Shown here: one piece after another, positions 42,901 through 54,600 of the stretch
How positions within the stretch are numbered: position 1 is the first letter of the stretch
Layout of the letters: every line of letters begins with the position of its first letter
NCBI GenBank assembly: GCA_977862235.1
Contig: OZ374565.1
Span: forward strand, 2,604,001 to 2,668,000
DNA: 64,000 nt
Direction of reading: 5' to 3'
Source: Dudresnaya verticillata
Taxonomy: Eukaryota
Program-made: the position numbers and the translations under genes
The notes under the pieces: generated by a model
Seen by the model: the letters and a program-made list of their open reading frames with translations, nothing else
Told to the model about the DNA's origin: nothing
The model's database searches: none

Positions 42901-44616
42901 GGATATGCGAGCGACAGATGTCTTCGACCGCCGGCAGAAGCTGCCCTCCTGGACCCCGCGCAACGGGTGGGGTTTGCGCAGTTGGTACCTCTCGAGTAGC
43001 AGGTACCGGTGCAGGAGGCGGCTCCTGGCTGTCCGGGATTCGTCGCGGGGCTGGCAGGATATCGTCCGCTGGCTCGCCGTCCTCGGGTTGCGTCTCCGTG
43101 ACCGCGTCCAGAGCAGGAGACTGTGATGGCGCGGCTACAGTTTCTTCACGGCTCGGTGTCGTCAATTGGTTGGACGGGACGTGGGAGAACGCCGGAGTGC
43201 GAGTAGCGGGACATGCGCTGCAATTCTTGTACCGCATACTGTACATGCCTTCACTGTTCATGCGGGAGCTACAGTGGGTGGGCATGTACTTGTTGTGAGT
43301 CACACAGTACCATACTCCATAGTCCAGGAGCTGCTGCTTGAGAGGCTCGATGTCGGTCCTCGTCGGTGGTCCTCGCCTGCCAGGAACATGCATCTTCCGC
43401 AGGTGCATGAGTAGCGCTTCTACAGTAGGCAGTGAGGACGACTGGCAGCCCAGAGGACAGCTGGTACTGTTTGTCGGGCGGTGTTTTGCCGAAGGCATAA
43501 AGCATGGAGAGAGCCATACCTTCGGCATGTCGGGGTGCTGCTGACCAATCATGGTTACAGCGCTGGGTAAGGTACCTGTAAAGGTCCTCTACAGTAGGTT
43601 CCCACGGGGCACAGACCTCCTAACCGGGACGCAAGCCTGTCGTCCGTCGTCAGTCTGTTCGGGACACCTCCAGAGGGTGCTACAGGTGGCCTTGCTGCGA
43701 GATGAGGGCCTCTTCGCAGCGTAGGGCGCGAGATCGCGCACTTTGCGCACGAGCTCGCGCAAAAGGGCGCGCGTGTTAGCGTTCGTGCGCGCAGAGTTAT
43801 CGGACGTTCCCTTCCCTGCCGCAGCTGAGAAGACTCTCTTCACTGCGGTCCTGTAACGCGCGGTACTTCTCGTTTGCACAAGCTCTCAATGGGGTCGCAG
43901 AACCACCGTTTACCTGTGAGTGCCCACAGGATTTTTGGCCTCCCCCGAAGGTTCGCTGGCAGGACGTTCGCTCGATCTTAGAAGGGGTGGTTTCAAAACA
44001 GGATCCACCAGGCTTAAGCCACGTTACCCCAACTTCGACGTTGCTTGGCACGTTTCTGCGATGAGCTTGTGGGTCACGAGCCGCCTACCACTCAAGGTCG
44101 AGGGTCTTTGGCGATTCCCACACTTGTAGGTCTCTCGGCACTTCCCGAAGGAAGATTTTACAGGACAAGCCTGGCCTTTACCAATCTGTCAGTTGAAGGG
44201 TGTGAAACCCCTCTGTCGACAGTCCACGGCAGCCTAGACAGAGTCTAGGCTGTGCCGGGTACAAGCAAAACGCGTACAGGGCCAGGGAAAGAAAGATAAG
44301 TCAGTGGGGCCCGGGCAAATTTCAAGGTGAGGGATCACCTTAAAAGTAAGCGCAAAATAGGAAACGCGTGACCGTCGGCGACGACGGCGGCGGCGACGGC
44401 GGCGACGACGACGGCGTCGCGGCGCAGATCGGCGGCGCGGAAAGAGACAAAAGTAGACCGCGCTCGCCCGCCCGCGAAGGTGAAGGGCTGAAAAACCCCG
44501 CACCGACGCGCCGTCGCGCGCTCGAACAGGCGGCACCGCCGCCGAAAAGATCGGTGCAGAACTTGCTGAGAAATCTCCGAAACAAAAAATTCGGCAGATC
44601 GCGAGGGGTTCTCCGG
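39963..44616 (-). mobile_element. Copy I, full length
   Basis: Same long 5' end and complex junction (44617-44646) as copy E. Confidence 0.96.
40064..43552 (-). CDS. 1162-aa RT/RLE protein, copy I
   Basis: Intact ORF. Confidence 0.96.
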   Translation of the reverse strand: MIGQQHPDMPKVWLSPCFMPSAKHRPTNSTSCPLGCQSSSLPTVEALLMHLRKMHVPGRRGPPTRTDIEPLKQQLLDYGVWYCVTHNKYMPTHCSSRMNSEGMYSMRYKNCSACPATRTPAFSHVPSNQLTTPSREETVAAPSQSPALDAVTETQPEDGEPADDILPAPRRIPDSQEPPPAPVPATREVPTAQTPPVARGPGGQLLPAVEDICRSHIPMVTHIPSRVRAEVRDALSKTVWAFTNATNSQEATKELTAFLLFPAAVLSNPPAASARASASTSASSIGTFRDRIRRWGLKDYDALWQEALKGSTFREQTAPSAEEQRRINASRALRLAKEGAYSKAAAALDSDGIAPATDSVIQSMKDKHPQSVPQTDADHELDQSEPLPTMPDFVPFTADEVRKAVAKFPRASASGGTGLSPTHLQELLSVPTTHEHTGLLGGLTKMVNVLASGAGPAELSPWIASAPLTALKKRTGGVRPIAVGETIRRLVSSMLMTRVAPKAKAYLEPLQLGVATSGGTEAIVHAVRKLQKSHGHDKSYGLLQVDLKNAFNLVSRKAFMKEVRRHMPELLPWVRYCYDSEGPHLWMGDTLLRSVTGVQQGDPLGPLLFALVLQALIKQLKELTADLRRSGRNQQAEGANNLLLSLFYLDDGVIVAKHAVLRKVLSFFDSEEAKGYGFHLRMDKCTVWWPTAPDPEDCAAYPSDLGQSYGEGTTVLQAPIGTQNYMEESVNGHVESIQPLLDAISGLEDLHVAITLLRNCAGVCRLNYLLRVVPSSATAKGAELFDQKIEACMRKLVGGVLPRDTFRELQLPLRTKEPSFGIGISGAGDMNSSAFLASLSLTRNLLRSILPASVNTALSDDPFAVEAHEDWSAKCHSEDALDLEKIDSDECPRQRDLTRLVLKKVQAELPLGDRRTQAFRASLGVPGAKDWLKCQPAPGMKTYIADRDYRVWLRFYCRIPLLEPDTECPRAGCKKMMDVHGDHLLICPNGMRNSGSPRSWRHDSQVRLLASDLKRATRTPIVEPRPVGAHLDRPDIKALGTEGGTDYLDVTISHPLSSEQRILSCITNPQGTLKNAHADKVRTYRGFIQAAGPGARLVPVPMTTLGGWHPEAHKYMQELADTVASRAMVTRGVSRAALFHRHAARLVQNNVKCLMEGIQQEV

Positions 44617-44646
44617 GTACTGAGGTGAGGACTGAGGTCAGGTGAG

Positions 44647-47600
44647 TTCAACTTTATAACAGGTGACCATATTCTAATATTTGTCGACGTACAATCTACT
44701 GTAGTATCACAACAAAGTTAAACCCCAACTCAAAACAACCTGCACATCTACACCTCCTGTTGGATCCCTTCCATCAGGCACTTGACGTTGTTCTGCACCA
44801 GTCGCGCCGCGTGCCTGTGGAACAGAGCCGCTCGCGAAACACCGCGAGTTACCATGGCCCGAGAAGCCACGGTATCCGCCAACTCTTGCATATACTTGTG
44901 CGCCTCCGGGTGCCAGCCACCTAGTGTGGTCATCGGCACCGGCACAAGCCTTGCCCCCGGTCCGGCAGCCTGGATGAAGCCACGGTAAGTCCGCACCTTG
45001 TCAGCGTGGGCGTTCTTCAGCGTCCCTTGCGGGTTTGTTATGCAGCTGAGAATGCGTTGTTCTGACGACAGTGGATGACTGATTGTGACGTCCAGGTAGT
45101 CCGTTCCTCCTTCTGTTCCAAGCGCCTTGATGTCCGGCCGATCCAAGTGAGCCCCCACAGGGCGGGGCTCCACAATCGGGGTGCGTGTCGCACGTTTCAG
45201 ATCCGAAGCCAGCAGACGAACCTGAGAGTCGTGGCGCCACGACCGAGGAGATCCGCTGTTCCGCATGCCGTTCGGACAAATCAGCAGATGGTCGCCGTGA
45301 ACATCCATCATCTTCTTGCACCCGGCCCGAGGACACTCCGTGTCGGGTTCCAGCAGTGGAATCCGACAGTAGAATCGAAGCCATACGCGGTAGTCCCGAT
45401 CCGCAATGTACGTCTTCATGCCTGGTGCCGGCTGGCACTTGAGCCAGTCCTTGGCGCCCGGCACGCCAAGGGAAGCTCGGAAAGCTTGCGTCCGCCTGTC
45501 CCCGAGCGGCAGCTCGGCTTGCACTTTCTTCAGTACCAACCGCGTCAAGTCCCGCTGGCGCGGGCACTCGTCGCTGTCGATCTTCTCCAGGTCCAGGGCA
45601 TCCTCACTATGGCACTTGGCGCTCCAGTCTTCGTGCGCTTCTACTGCAAAAGGATCGTCAGAAAGAGCAGTGTTCACAGAAGCGGGTAAGATAGAACGCA
45701 GTAAGTTGCGGGTCAGTGAAAGGGACGCCAAAAACGCGCTCGAGTTCATGTCGCCAGCTCCCGAAATACCGATTCCGAAGCTGGGCTCTTTCGTGCGCAG
45801 GGGAAGCTGAAGTTCGCGGAAGGTGTCCCTCGGTAGGACTCCTCCCACGAGCTTGCGCATGCAAGCCTCAATCTTCTGGTCGAAGAGCTCGGCGCCCTTT
45901 GCCGTGGCGGATGATGGAACTACTCGCAGCAGGTAGTTCAGCCGGCAGACTCCGGCACAGTTGCGGAGTAGAGTGATGGCCACGTGTAGGTCTTCTAGTC
46001 CCGAAATTGCGTCCAGCAGGGGCTGGATGGACTCGACATGGCCATTCACGCTCTCCTCCATGTAGTTCTGCGTTCCAATCGGAGCCTGAAGTACTGTAGT
46101 GCCTTCTCCGTAGCTCTGCCCAAGATCCGACGGGTAGGCAGCGCAGTCTTCTGGGTCGGGTGCAGTAGGCCACCAAACAGTACACTTGTCCATTCGCAGG
46201 TGGAAGCCATAGCCCTTAGCTTCCTCGGAGTCAAAGAAGGACAGAACCTTCCTGAGTACGGCGTGTTTCGCCACGATGACGCCGTCGTCCAGGTAGAACA
46301 GTGACAGCAGCAAGTTGTTCGCCCCCTCCGCTTGCTGATTGCGGCCCGAGCGCCGCAGGTCGGCGGTGAGTTCCTTCAACTGTTTGATCAGTGCCTGCAG
46401 CACCAAAGCAAACAGTAACGGCCCGAGCGGGTCACCTTGCTGTACACCAGTGACACTCCGCAGTAGAGTGTCACCCATCCACAGGTGCGGGCCCTCAGAG
46501 TCATAACAGTATCTGACCCACGGTAGTAGTTCAGGCATATGTCGGCGGACCTCCTTCATGAATGCTTTGCGGCTGACAAGGTTGAAGGCATTCTTCAAGT
46601 CCACTTGTAGCAACCCGTAGGACTTGTCATGGCCGTGAGACTTCTGCAGCTTCCGGACCGCGTGTACAATGGCTTCTGTGCCGCCCGAGGTTGCGACCCC
46701 GAGCTGAAGCGGTTCGAGGTATGCCTTGGCCTTGGGAGCGACTCTGGTCATGAGCATAGAGCTCACGAGTCGTCGGATTGTCTCTCCTACAGCAATGGGG
46801 CGGACACCGCCGGTGCGCTTCTTCAGAGCCGTGAGAGGAGCGCTGGCAATCCAAGGCGACAGCTCCGCAGGTCCTGCGCCGCTGGCCAGCACGTTGACCA
46901 TTTTGGTGAGCCCGCCAAGCAGGCCCGTGTGCTCGTGAGTGGTCGGGACTGAGAGCAGTTCCTGCAGATGGGTCGGTGATAGTCCTGTTCCCCCCGAGGC
47001 CGAAGCCCGGGGGAACTTGGCCACTGCTTTTCGTACTTCGTCGGCTGTGAAAGGCACGAAGTCAGGCATGGTCGGCAGCGGTTCGGACTGGTCAAGCTCG
47101 TGGTCCGCGTCGGTTTGCGGTACGGACTGCGGGTGCTTGTCCTTCATGGACTGTATCACAGAGTCTGTGGCTGGGGCGATTCCATCAGAGTCTAGAGCTG
47201 CTGCTGCCTTACTGTAGGCGCCCTCCTTTGCAAGGCGAAGGGCTCGTGAGGCATTGATACGGCGTTGCTCTTCTGCGGAAGGCGCAGTCTGCTCACGGAA
47301 TGTCGAGCCCTTCAAGGCCTCCTGCCATAGGGCGTCGTAATCCTTGAGTCCCCAGCGTCGGATTCGATCGCGGAAGGTGCCGATCGAGGACGCAGAGGTT
47401 GACGCGCTGGCCCTTGCACTCGCGGCGGGAGGATTGGACAAGACGGCTGCTGGAAAAAGCAGGAATGCAGTGAGCTCTTTGGTGGCTTCCTGAGAGTTGG
47501 TTGCGTTCGTAAAAGCCCATACCGTCTTGGACAGTGCGTCGCGCACCTCGGCGCGGACGCGAGACGGTATATGTGTGACCATAGGGATATGCGAGCGACA

Positions 47601-49286
47601 GATGTCTTCGACCGCCGGCAGAAGCTGCCCTCCTGGACCCCGCGCAACGGGTGGGGTTTGCGCAGTTGGTACCTCTCGAGTAGCAGGTACCGGTGCAGGA
47701 GGCGGCTCCTGGCTGTCCGGGATTCGTCGCGGGGCTGGCAGGATATCGTCCGCTGGCTCGCCGTCCTCGGGTTGCGTCTCCGTGACCGCGTCCAGAGCAG
47801 GAGACTGTGATGGCGCGGCTACAGTTTCTTCACGGCTCGGTGTCGTCAATTGGTTGGACGGGACGTGGGAGAACGCCGGAGTGCGAGTAGCGGGACATGC
47901 GCTGCAATTCTTGTACCGCATACTGTACATGCCTTCACTGTTCATGCGGGAGCTACAGTGGGTGGGCATGTACTTGTTGTGAGTCACATAGTACCATACT
48001 CCATAGTCCAGGAGCTGCTGCTTGAGAGGCTCGATGTCGGTCCTCGTCGGTGGTCCTCGCCTGCCAGGAACATGCATCTTCCGCAGGTGCATGAGTAGCG
48101 CTTCTACAGTAGGCAGTGAGGACGACTGGCAGCCCAGAGGACAGCTGGTACTGTTTGTCGGGCGGTGTTTTGCCGAAGGCATAAAGCATGGAGAGAGCCA
48201 TACCTTCGGCATGTCGGGGTGCTGCTGACCAATCATGGTTACAGCGCTGGGTAAGGTACCTGTAAAGGTCCTCTACAGTAGGTTCCCACGGGGCACAGGC
48301 CTCCTAACCGGGACGCAAGCCTGTCGTCCGTCGTCAGTCTGTTCGGGACACCTCCAGAGGGTGCTACAGGTGGCCTTGCTGCGAGATGAGGGCCTCTTCG
48401 CAGCGTAGGGCGCGAGATCGCGCACTTTGCGCACGAGCTCGCGCAAAAGGGCGCGCGTGTTAGCGTTCGTGCGCGCAGAGTTATCGGACGTTCCCTTCCC
48501 TGCCGCAGCTGAGAAGACTCTCTTCACTGCGGTCCTGTAACGCGCGGTACTTCTCGTTTGCACAAGCTCTCAATGGGGTCGCAGAACCACCGTTTACCTG
48601 TGAGTGCCCACAGGATTTTTGGCCTCCCCCGAAGGTTCGCTGGCAGGACGTTCGCTCGATCTTAGAAGGGGTGGTTTCAAAACAGGATCCACCAGGCTTA
48701 AGCCACGTTACCCCAACTTCGACGTTGCTTGGCACGTTTCTGCGATGAGCTTGTGGGTCACGAGCCGCCTACCACTCAAGGTCGAGGGTCTTTGGCGATT
48801 CCCACACTTGTAGGTCTCTCGGCACTTCCCGAAGGAAGATTTTACAGGACAAGCCTGGCCTTTACCAATCTGTCAGTTGAAGGGTGTGAAACCCCTCTGT
48901 CGACAGTCCACGGCAGCCTAGACAGAGTCTAGGCTGTGCCGGGTACAAGCAAAACGCGTACAGGGCCAGGGAAAGAAAGATAAGTCAGTGGGGCCCGGGC
49001 AAATTTCAAGGTGAGGGATCACCTTAAAAGTAAGCGCAAAATAGGAAACGCGTGACCGTCGGCGACGACGGCGGCGGCGACGGCGGCGACGACGACGGCG
49101 TCGCGGCGCAGATCGGCGGCGCGGAAAGAGACAAAAGTAGACCGCGCTCGCCCGCCCGCGAAGGTGAAGGGCTGAAAAACCCCGCACCGACGCGCCGTCG
49201 CGCGCTCGAACAGGCGGCACCGCCGCCGAAAAGATCGGTGCAGAACTTGTTGAGATATCCGCGAAACAAAAATTTCGGCAGATCGC
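44647..49286 (-). mobile_element. Copy J, full length
   Basis: Ends AGATCGC; short TSD CTGAGGTGAG (49286-49295). Confidence 0.96.
44748..48236 (-). CDS. 1162-aa RT/RLE protein, copy J (C83Y variant)
   Basis: Intact ORF; WYYVTH instead of WYCVTH. Confidence 0.95.
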   Translation of the reverse strand: MIGQQHPDMPKVWLSPCFMPSAKHRPTNSTSCPLGCQSSSLPTVEALLMHLRKMHVPGRRGPPTRTDIEPLKQQLLDYGVWYYVTHNKYMPTHCSSRMNSEGMYSMRYKNCSACPATRTPAFSHVPSNQLTTPSREETVAAPSQSPALDAVTETQPEDGEPADDILPAPRRIPDSQEPPPAPVPATREVPTAQTPPVARGPGGQLLPAVEDICRSHIPMVTHIPSRVRAEVRDALSKTVWAFTNATNSQEATKELTAFLLFPAAVLSNPPAASARASASTSASSIGTFRDRIRRWGLKDYDALWQEALKGSTFREQTAPSAEEQRRINASRALRLAKEGAYSKAAAALDSDGIAPATDSVIQSMKDKHPQSVPQTDADHELDQSEPLPTMPDFVPFTADEVRKAVAKFPRASASGGTGLSPTHLQELLSVPTTHEHTGLLGGLTKMVNVLASGAGPAELSPWIASAPLTALKKRTGGVRPIAVGETIRRLVSSMLMTRVAPKAKAYLEPLQLGVATSGGTEAIVHAVRKLQKSHGHDKSYGLLQVDLKNAFNLVSRKAFMKEVRRHMPELLPWVRYCYDSEGPHLWMGDTLLRSVTGVQQGDPLGPLLFALVLQALIKQLKELTADLRRSGRNQQAEGANNLLLSLFYLDDGVIVAKHAVLRKVLSFFDSEEAKGYGFHLRMDKCTVWWPTAPDPEDCAAYPSDLGQSYGEGTTVLQAPIGTQNYMEESVNGHVESIQPLLDAISGLEDLHVAITLLRNCAGVCRLNYLLRVVPSSATAKGAELFDQKIEACMRKLVGGVLPRDTFRELQLPLRTKEPSFGIGISGAGDMNSSAFLASLSLTRNLLRSILPASVNTALSDDPFAVEAHEDWSAKCHSEDALDLEKIDSDECPRQRDLTRLVLKKVQAELPLGDRRTQAFRASLGVPGAKDWLKCQPAPGMKTYIADRDYRVWLRFYCRIPLLEPDTECPRAGCKKMMDVHGDHLLICPNGMRNSGSPRSWRHDSQVRLLASDLKRATRTPIVEPRPVGAHLDRPDIKALGTEGGTDYLDVTISHPLSSEQRILSCITNPQGTLKNAHADKVRTYRGFIQAAGPGARLVPVPMTTLGGWHPEAHKYMQELADTVASRAMVTRGVSRAALFHRHAARLVQNNVKCLMEGIQQEV

Positions 49287-49295
49287 TGAGGTGAG

Positions 49296-51618
49296 TTCAA
49301 CTTTATAACAGGTGACCATATTCTAATATTTGTCGACGTACAATCTACTGTAGTATCACAACAAAGTTAAACCCCAACTCAAAACAACCTGCACATCTAC
49401 ACCTCCTGTTGGATCCCTTCCATCAGGCACTTGACGTTGTTCTGCACCAGTCGCGCCGCGTGCCTGTGGAACAGAGCCGCTCGCGAAACACCGCGAGTTA
49501 CCATGGCCCGAGAAGCCACGGTATCCGCCAACTCTTGCATATACTTGTGCGCCTCCGGGTGCCAGCCACCTAGTGTGGTCATCGGCACCGGCACAAGCCT
49601 TGCCCCCGGTCCGGCAGCCTGGATGAAGCCACGGTAAGTCCGCACCTTGTCAGCGTGGGCGTTCTTCAGCGTCCCTTGCGGGTTTGTTATGCAGCTGAGA
49701 ATGCGTTGTTCTGACGACAGTGGATGACTGATTGTGACGTCCAGGTAGTCCGTTCCTCCTTCTGTTCCAAGCGCCTTGATGTCCGGCCGATCCAAGTGAG
49801 CCCCCACAGGGCGGGGCTCCACAATCGGGGTGCGTGTCGCACGTTTCAGATCCGAAGCCAGCAGACGAACCTGAGAGTCGTGGCGCCACGACCGAGGAGA
49901 TCCGCTGTTCCGCATGCCGTTCGGACAAATCAGCAGATGGTCGCCGTGAACATCCATCATCTTCTTGCACCCGGCCCGAGGACACTCCGTGTCGGGTTCC
50001 AGCAGTGGAATCCGACAGTAGAATCGAAGCCATACGCGGTAGTCCCGATCCGCAATGTACGTCTTCATGCCTGGTGCCGGCTGGCACTTGAGCCAGTCCT
50101 TGGCGCCCGGCACGCCAAGGGAAGCTCGGAAAGCTTGCGTCCGCCTGTCCCCGAGCGGCAGCTCGGCTTGCACTTTCTTCAGAACCAACCGCGTCAAGTC
50201 CCGCTGGCGCGGGCACTCGTCGCTGTCGATCTTCTCCAGGTCCAGGGCATCCTCACTATGGCACTTGGCGCTCCAGTCTTCGTGCGCTTCTACTGCAAAA
50301 GGATCGTCAGAAAGAGCAGTGTTCACAGAAGCGGGTAAGATAGAACGCAGTAAGTTGCGGGTCAGTGAAAGGGACGCCAAAAACGCGCTCGAGTTCATGT
50401 CGCCAGCTCCCGAAATACCGATTCCGAAGCTGGGCTCTTTCGTGCGCAGGGGAAGCTGAAGTTCGCGGAAGGTGTCCCTCGGTAGGACTCCTCCCACGAG
50501 CTTGCGCATGCAAGCCTCAATCTTCTGGTCGAAGAGCTCGGCGCCCTTTGCCGTGGCGGATGATGGAACTACTCGCAGCAGGTAGTTCAGCCGGCAGACT
50601 CCGGCACAGTTGCGGAGTAGAGTGATGGCCACGTGTAGGTCTTCTAGTCCCGAAATTGCGTCCAGCAGGGGCTGGATGGACTCGACATGGCCATTCACGC
50701 TCTCCTCCATGTAGTTCTGCGTTCCAATCGGAGCCTGAAGTACTGTAGTGCCTTCTCCGTAGCTCTGCCCAAGATCCGACGGGTAGGCAGCGCAGTCTTC
50801 TGGGTCGGGTGCAGTAGGCCACCAAACAGTACACTTGTCCATTCGCAGGTGGAAGCCATAGCCCTTAGCTTCCTCGGAGTCAAAGAAGGACAGAACCTTC
50901 CTGAGTACGGCGTGTTTCGCCACGATGACGCCGTCGTCCAGGTAGAACAGTGACAGCAGCAAGTTGTTCGCCCCCTCCGCTTGCTGATTGCGGCCCGGGC
51001 GCCGCAGGTCGGCGGTGAGTTCCTTCAACTGTTTGATCAGTGCCTGCAGCACCAAAGCAAACAGTAACGGCCCGAGCGGGTCACCTTGCTGTACACCAGT
51101 GACACTCCGCAGTAGAGTGTCACCCATCCACAGGTGCGGGCCCTCAGAGTCATAACAGTATCTGACCCACGGTAGTAGTTCAGGCATATGTCGGCGGACC
51201 TCCTTCATGAATGCTTTGCGGCTGACAAGGTTGAAGGCATTCTTCAAGTCCACTTGTAGCAACCCGTAGGACTTGTCATGGCCGTGAGACTTCTGCAGCT
51301 TCCGGACCGCGTGTACAATGGCTTCTGTGCCGCCCGAGGTTGCGACCCCGAGCTGAAGCGGTTCGAGGTATGCCTTGGCCTTGGGAGCGACTCTGGTCAT
51401 GAGCATAGAGCTCACGAGTCGTCGGATTGTCTCTCCTACAGCAATGGGGCGGACACCGCCGGTGCGCTTCTTCAGAGCCGTGAGAGGAGCGCTGGCAATC
51501 CAAGGCGACAGCTCCGCAGGTCCTGCGCCGCTGGCCAGCACGTTGACCATTTTGGTGAGCCCGCCAAGCAGGCCCGTGTGCTCGTGAGTGGTCGGGACTG
51601 AGAGCAGTTCCTGCAGAT
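49296..51618 (-). mobile_element. Copy K, 5'-truncated (~2.3 kb; retains most of RT plus RLE, residual ORF 49397-51550)
   Basis: Stops at CTGCAGAT, then CGCTGAGGTGAG. Confidence 0.95.
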
Positions 51619-51630
51619 CGCTGAGGTGAG

Positions 51631-54600
51631 TTCAACTTTATAACAGGTGACCATATTCTAATATTTGTCGACGTACAATCTACTGTAGTATCACAACAAA
51701 GTTAAACCCCAACTCAAAACAACTTGCACATCTACACCTCCTGTTGGATCCCTTCCATCAGGCACTTGACGTTGTTCTGCACCAGTCGCGCCGCGTGCCT
51801 GTGGAACAGAGCCGCTCGCGAAACACCGCGAGTTACCATGGCCCGAGAAGCCACGGTATCCGCCAACTCTTGCATATACTTGTGCGCCTCCGGGTGCCAG
51901 CCACCTAGTGTGGTCATCGGCACCGGCACAAGCCTTGCCCCCGGTCCGGCAGCCTGGATGAAGCCACGGTAAGTCCGCACCTTGTCAGCGTGGGCGTTCT
52001 TCAGCGTCCCTTGCGGGTTTGTTATGCAGCTGAGAATGCGTTGTTCTGACGACAGTGGATGACTGATTGTGACGTCCAGGTAGTCCGTTCCTCCTTCTGT
52101 TCCAAGCGCCTTGATGTCCGGCCGATCCAAGTGAGCCCCCACCGGGCGGGGCTCCACAATCGGGGTGCGTGTCGCACGTTTCAGATCCGAAGCCAGCAGA
52201 CGAACCTGAGAGTCGTGGCGCCACGACCGAGGAGATCCGCTGTTCCGCATGCCGTTCGGACAAATCAGCAGATGGTCGCCGTGAACATCCATCATCTTCT
52301 TGCACCCGGCCCGAGGACACTCCGTGTCGGGTTCCAGCAGTGGAATCCGACAGTAGAATCGAAGCCATACGCGGTAGTCCCGATCCGCAATGTACGTCTT
52401 CATGCCTGGTGCCGGCTGGCACTTGAGCCAGTCCTTGGCGCCCGGCACGCCAAGGGAAGCTCGGAAAGCTTGCGTCCGCCTGTCCCCGAGCGGCAGCTCG
52501 GCTTGCACTTTCTTCAGAACCAACCGCGTCAAGTCCCGCTGGCGCGGGCACTCGTCGCTGTCGATCTTCTCCAGGTCCAGGGCATCCTCACTATGGCACT
52601 TGGCGCTCCAGTCTTCGTGCGCTTCTACTGCAAAAGGATCGTCAGAAAGAGCAGTGTTCACAGAAGCGGGTAAGATAGAACGCAGTAAGTTGCGGGTCAG
52701 TGAAAGGGACGCCAAAAACGCGCTCGAGTTCATGTCGCCAGCTCCCGAAATACCGATTCCGAAGCTGGGCTCTTTCGTGCGCAGGGGAAGCTGAAGTTCG
52801 CGGAAGGTGTCCCTCGGTAGGACTCCTCCCACGAGCTTGCGCATGCAAGCCTCAATCTTCTGGTCGAAGAGCTCGGCGCCCTTTGCCGTGGCGGATGATG
52901 GAACTACTCGCAGCAGGTAGTTCAGCCGGCAGACTCCGGCACAGTTGCGGAGTAGAGTGATGGCCACGTGTAGGTCTTCTAGTCCCGAAATTGCGTCCAG
53001 CAGGGGCTGGATGGACTCGACATGGCCATTCACGCTCTCCTCCATGTAGTTCTGCGTTCCAATCGGAGCCTGAAGTACTGTAGTGCCTTCTCCGTAGCTC
53101 TGCCCAAGATCCGACGGGTAGGCAGCGCAGTCTTCTGGGTCGGGTGCAGTAGGCCACCAAACAGTACACTTGTCCATGCGCAGGTGGAAGCCATAGCCCT
53201 TAGCTTCCTCGGAGTCAAAGAAGGACAGAACCTTCCTGAGTACGGCGTGTTTCGCCACGATGACGCCGTCGTCCAGGTAGAACAGTGACAGCAGCAAGTT
53301 GTTCGCCCCCTCCGCTTGCTGATTGCGGCCCGAGCGCCGCAGGTCGGCGGTGAGTTCCTTCAACTGTTTGATCAGTGCCTGCAGCACCAAAGCAAACAGT
53401 AACGGCCCGAGCGGGTCACCTTGCTGTACACCAGTGACACTCCGCAGTAGAGTGTCACCCATCCACAGGTGCGGGCCCTCAGAGTCATAACAGTATCTGA
53501 CCCACGGTAGTAGTTCAGGCATATGTCGGCGGACCTCCTTCATGAATGCTTTGCGGCTGACAAGGTTGAAGGCATTCTTCAAGTCCACTTGTAGCAACCC
53601 GTAGGACTTGTCATGGCCGTGAGACTTCTGCAGCTTCCGGACCGCGTGTACAATCGCTTCTGTGCCGCCCGAGGTTGCGACCCCGAGCTGAAGCGGTTCG
53701 AGGTATGCCTTGGCCTTGGGAGCGACTCTGGTCATGAGCATAGAGCTCACGAGTCGTCGGATTGTCTCTCCTACAGCAATGGGGCGGACACCGCCGGTGC
53801 GCTTCTTCAGAGCCGTGAGAGGAGCGCTGGCAATCCAAGGCGACAGCTCCGCAGGTCCTGCGCCGCTGGCCAGCACGTTGACCATTTTGGTGAGCCCGCC
53901 AAGCAGGCCCGTGTGCTCGTGAGTGGTCGGGACTGAGAGCAGTTCCTGCAGATGCGTCGGTGATAGTCCTGTTCCCCCCGAGGCCGAAGCCCGGGGGAAC
54001 TTGGCCACTGCTTTTCGTACTTCGTCGGCTGTGAAAGGCACGAAGTCAGGCATGGTCGGCAGCGGTTCGGACTGGTCAAGCTCGTGGTCCGCGTCGGTTT
54101 GCGGTACGGACTGCGGGTGCTTGTCCTTCATGGACTGTATCACAGAGTCTGTGGCTGGGGCGATTCCATCAGAGTCTAGAGCTGCTGCTGCCTTACTGTA
54201 GGCGCCCTCCTTTGCAAGGCGAAGGGCTCGTGAGGCATTGATACGGCGTTGCTCTTCTGCGGAAGGCGCAGTCTGCTCACGGAATGTCGAGCCCTTCAAG
54301 GCCTCCTGCCATAGGGCGTCGTAATCCTTGAGTCCCCAGCGTCGGATTCGATCGCGGAAGGTGCCGATCGAGGACGCAGAGGTTGACGCGCTGGCCCTTG
54401 CACTCGCCGCGGGAGGATTGGACAAGACGGCTGCTGGAAAAAGCAGGAATGCAGTGAGCTCTTTGGTGGCTTCCTGAGAGTTGGTTGCGTTCGTAAAAGC
54501 CCATACCGTCTTGGACAGTGCGTCGCGCACCTCGGCGCGGACGCGAGACGGTATATGTGTGACCATAGGGATATGCGAGCGACAGATGTCTTCGACCGCC

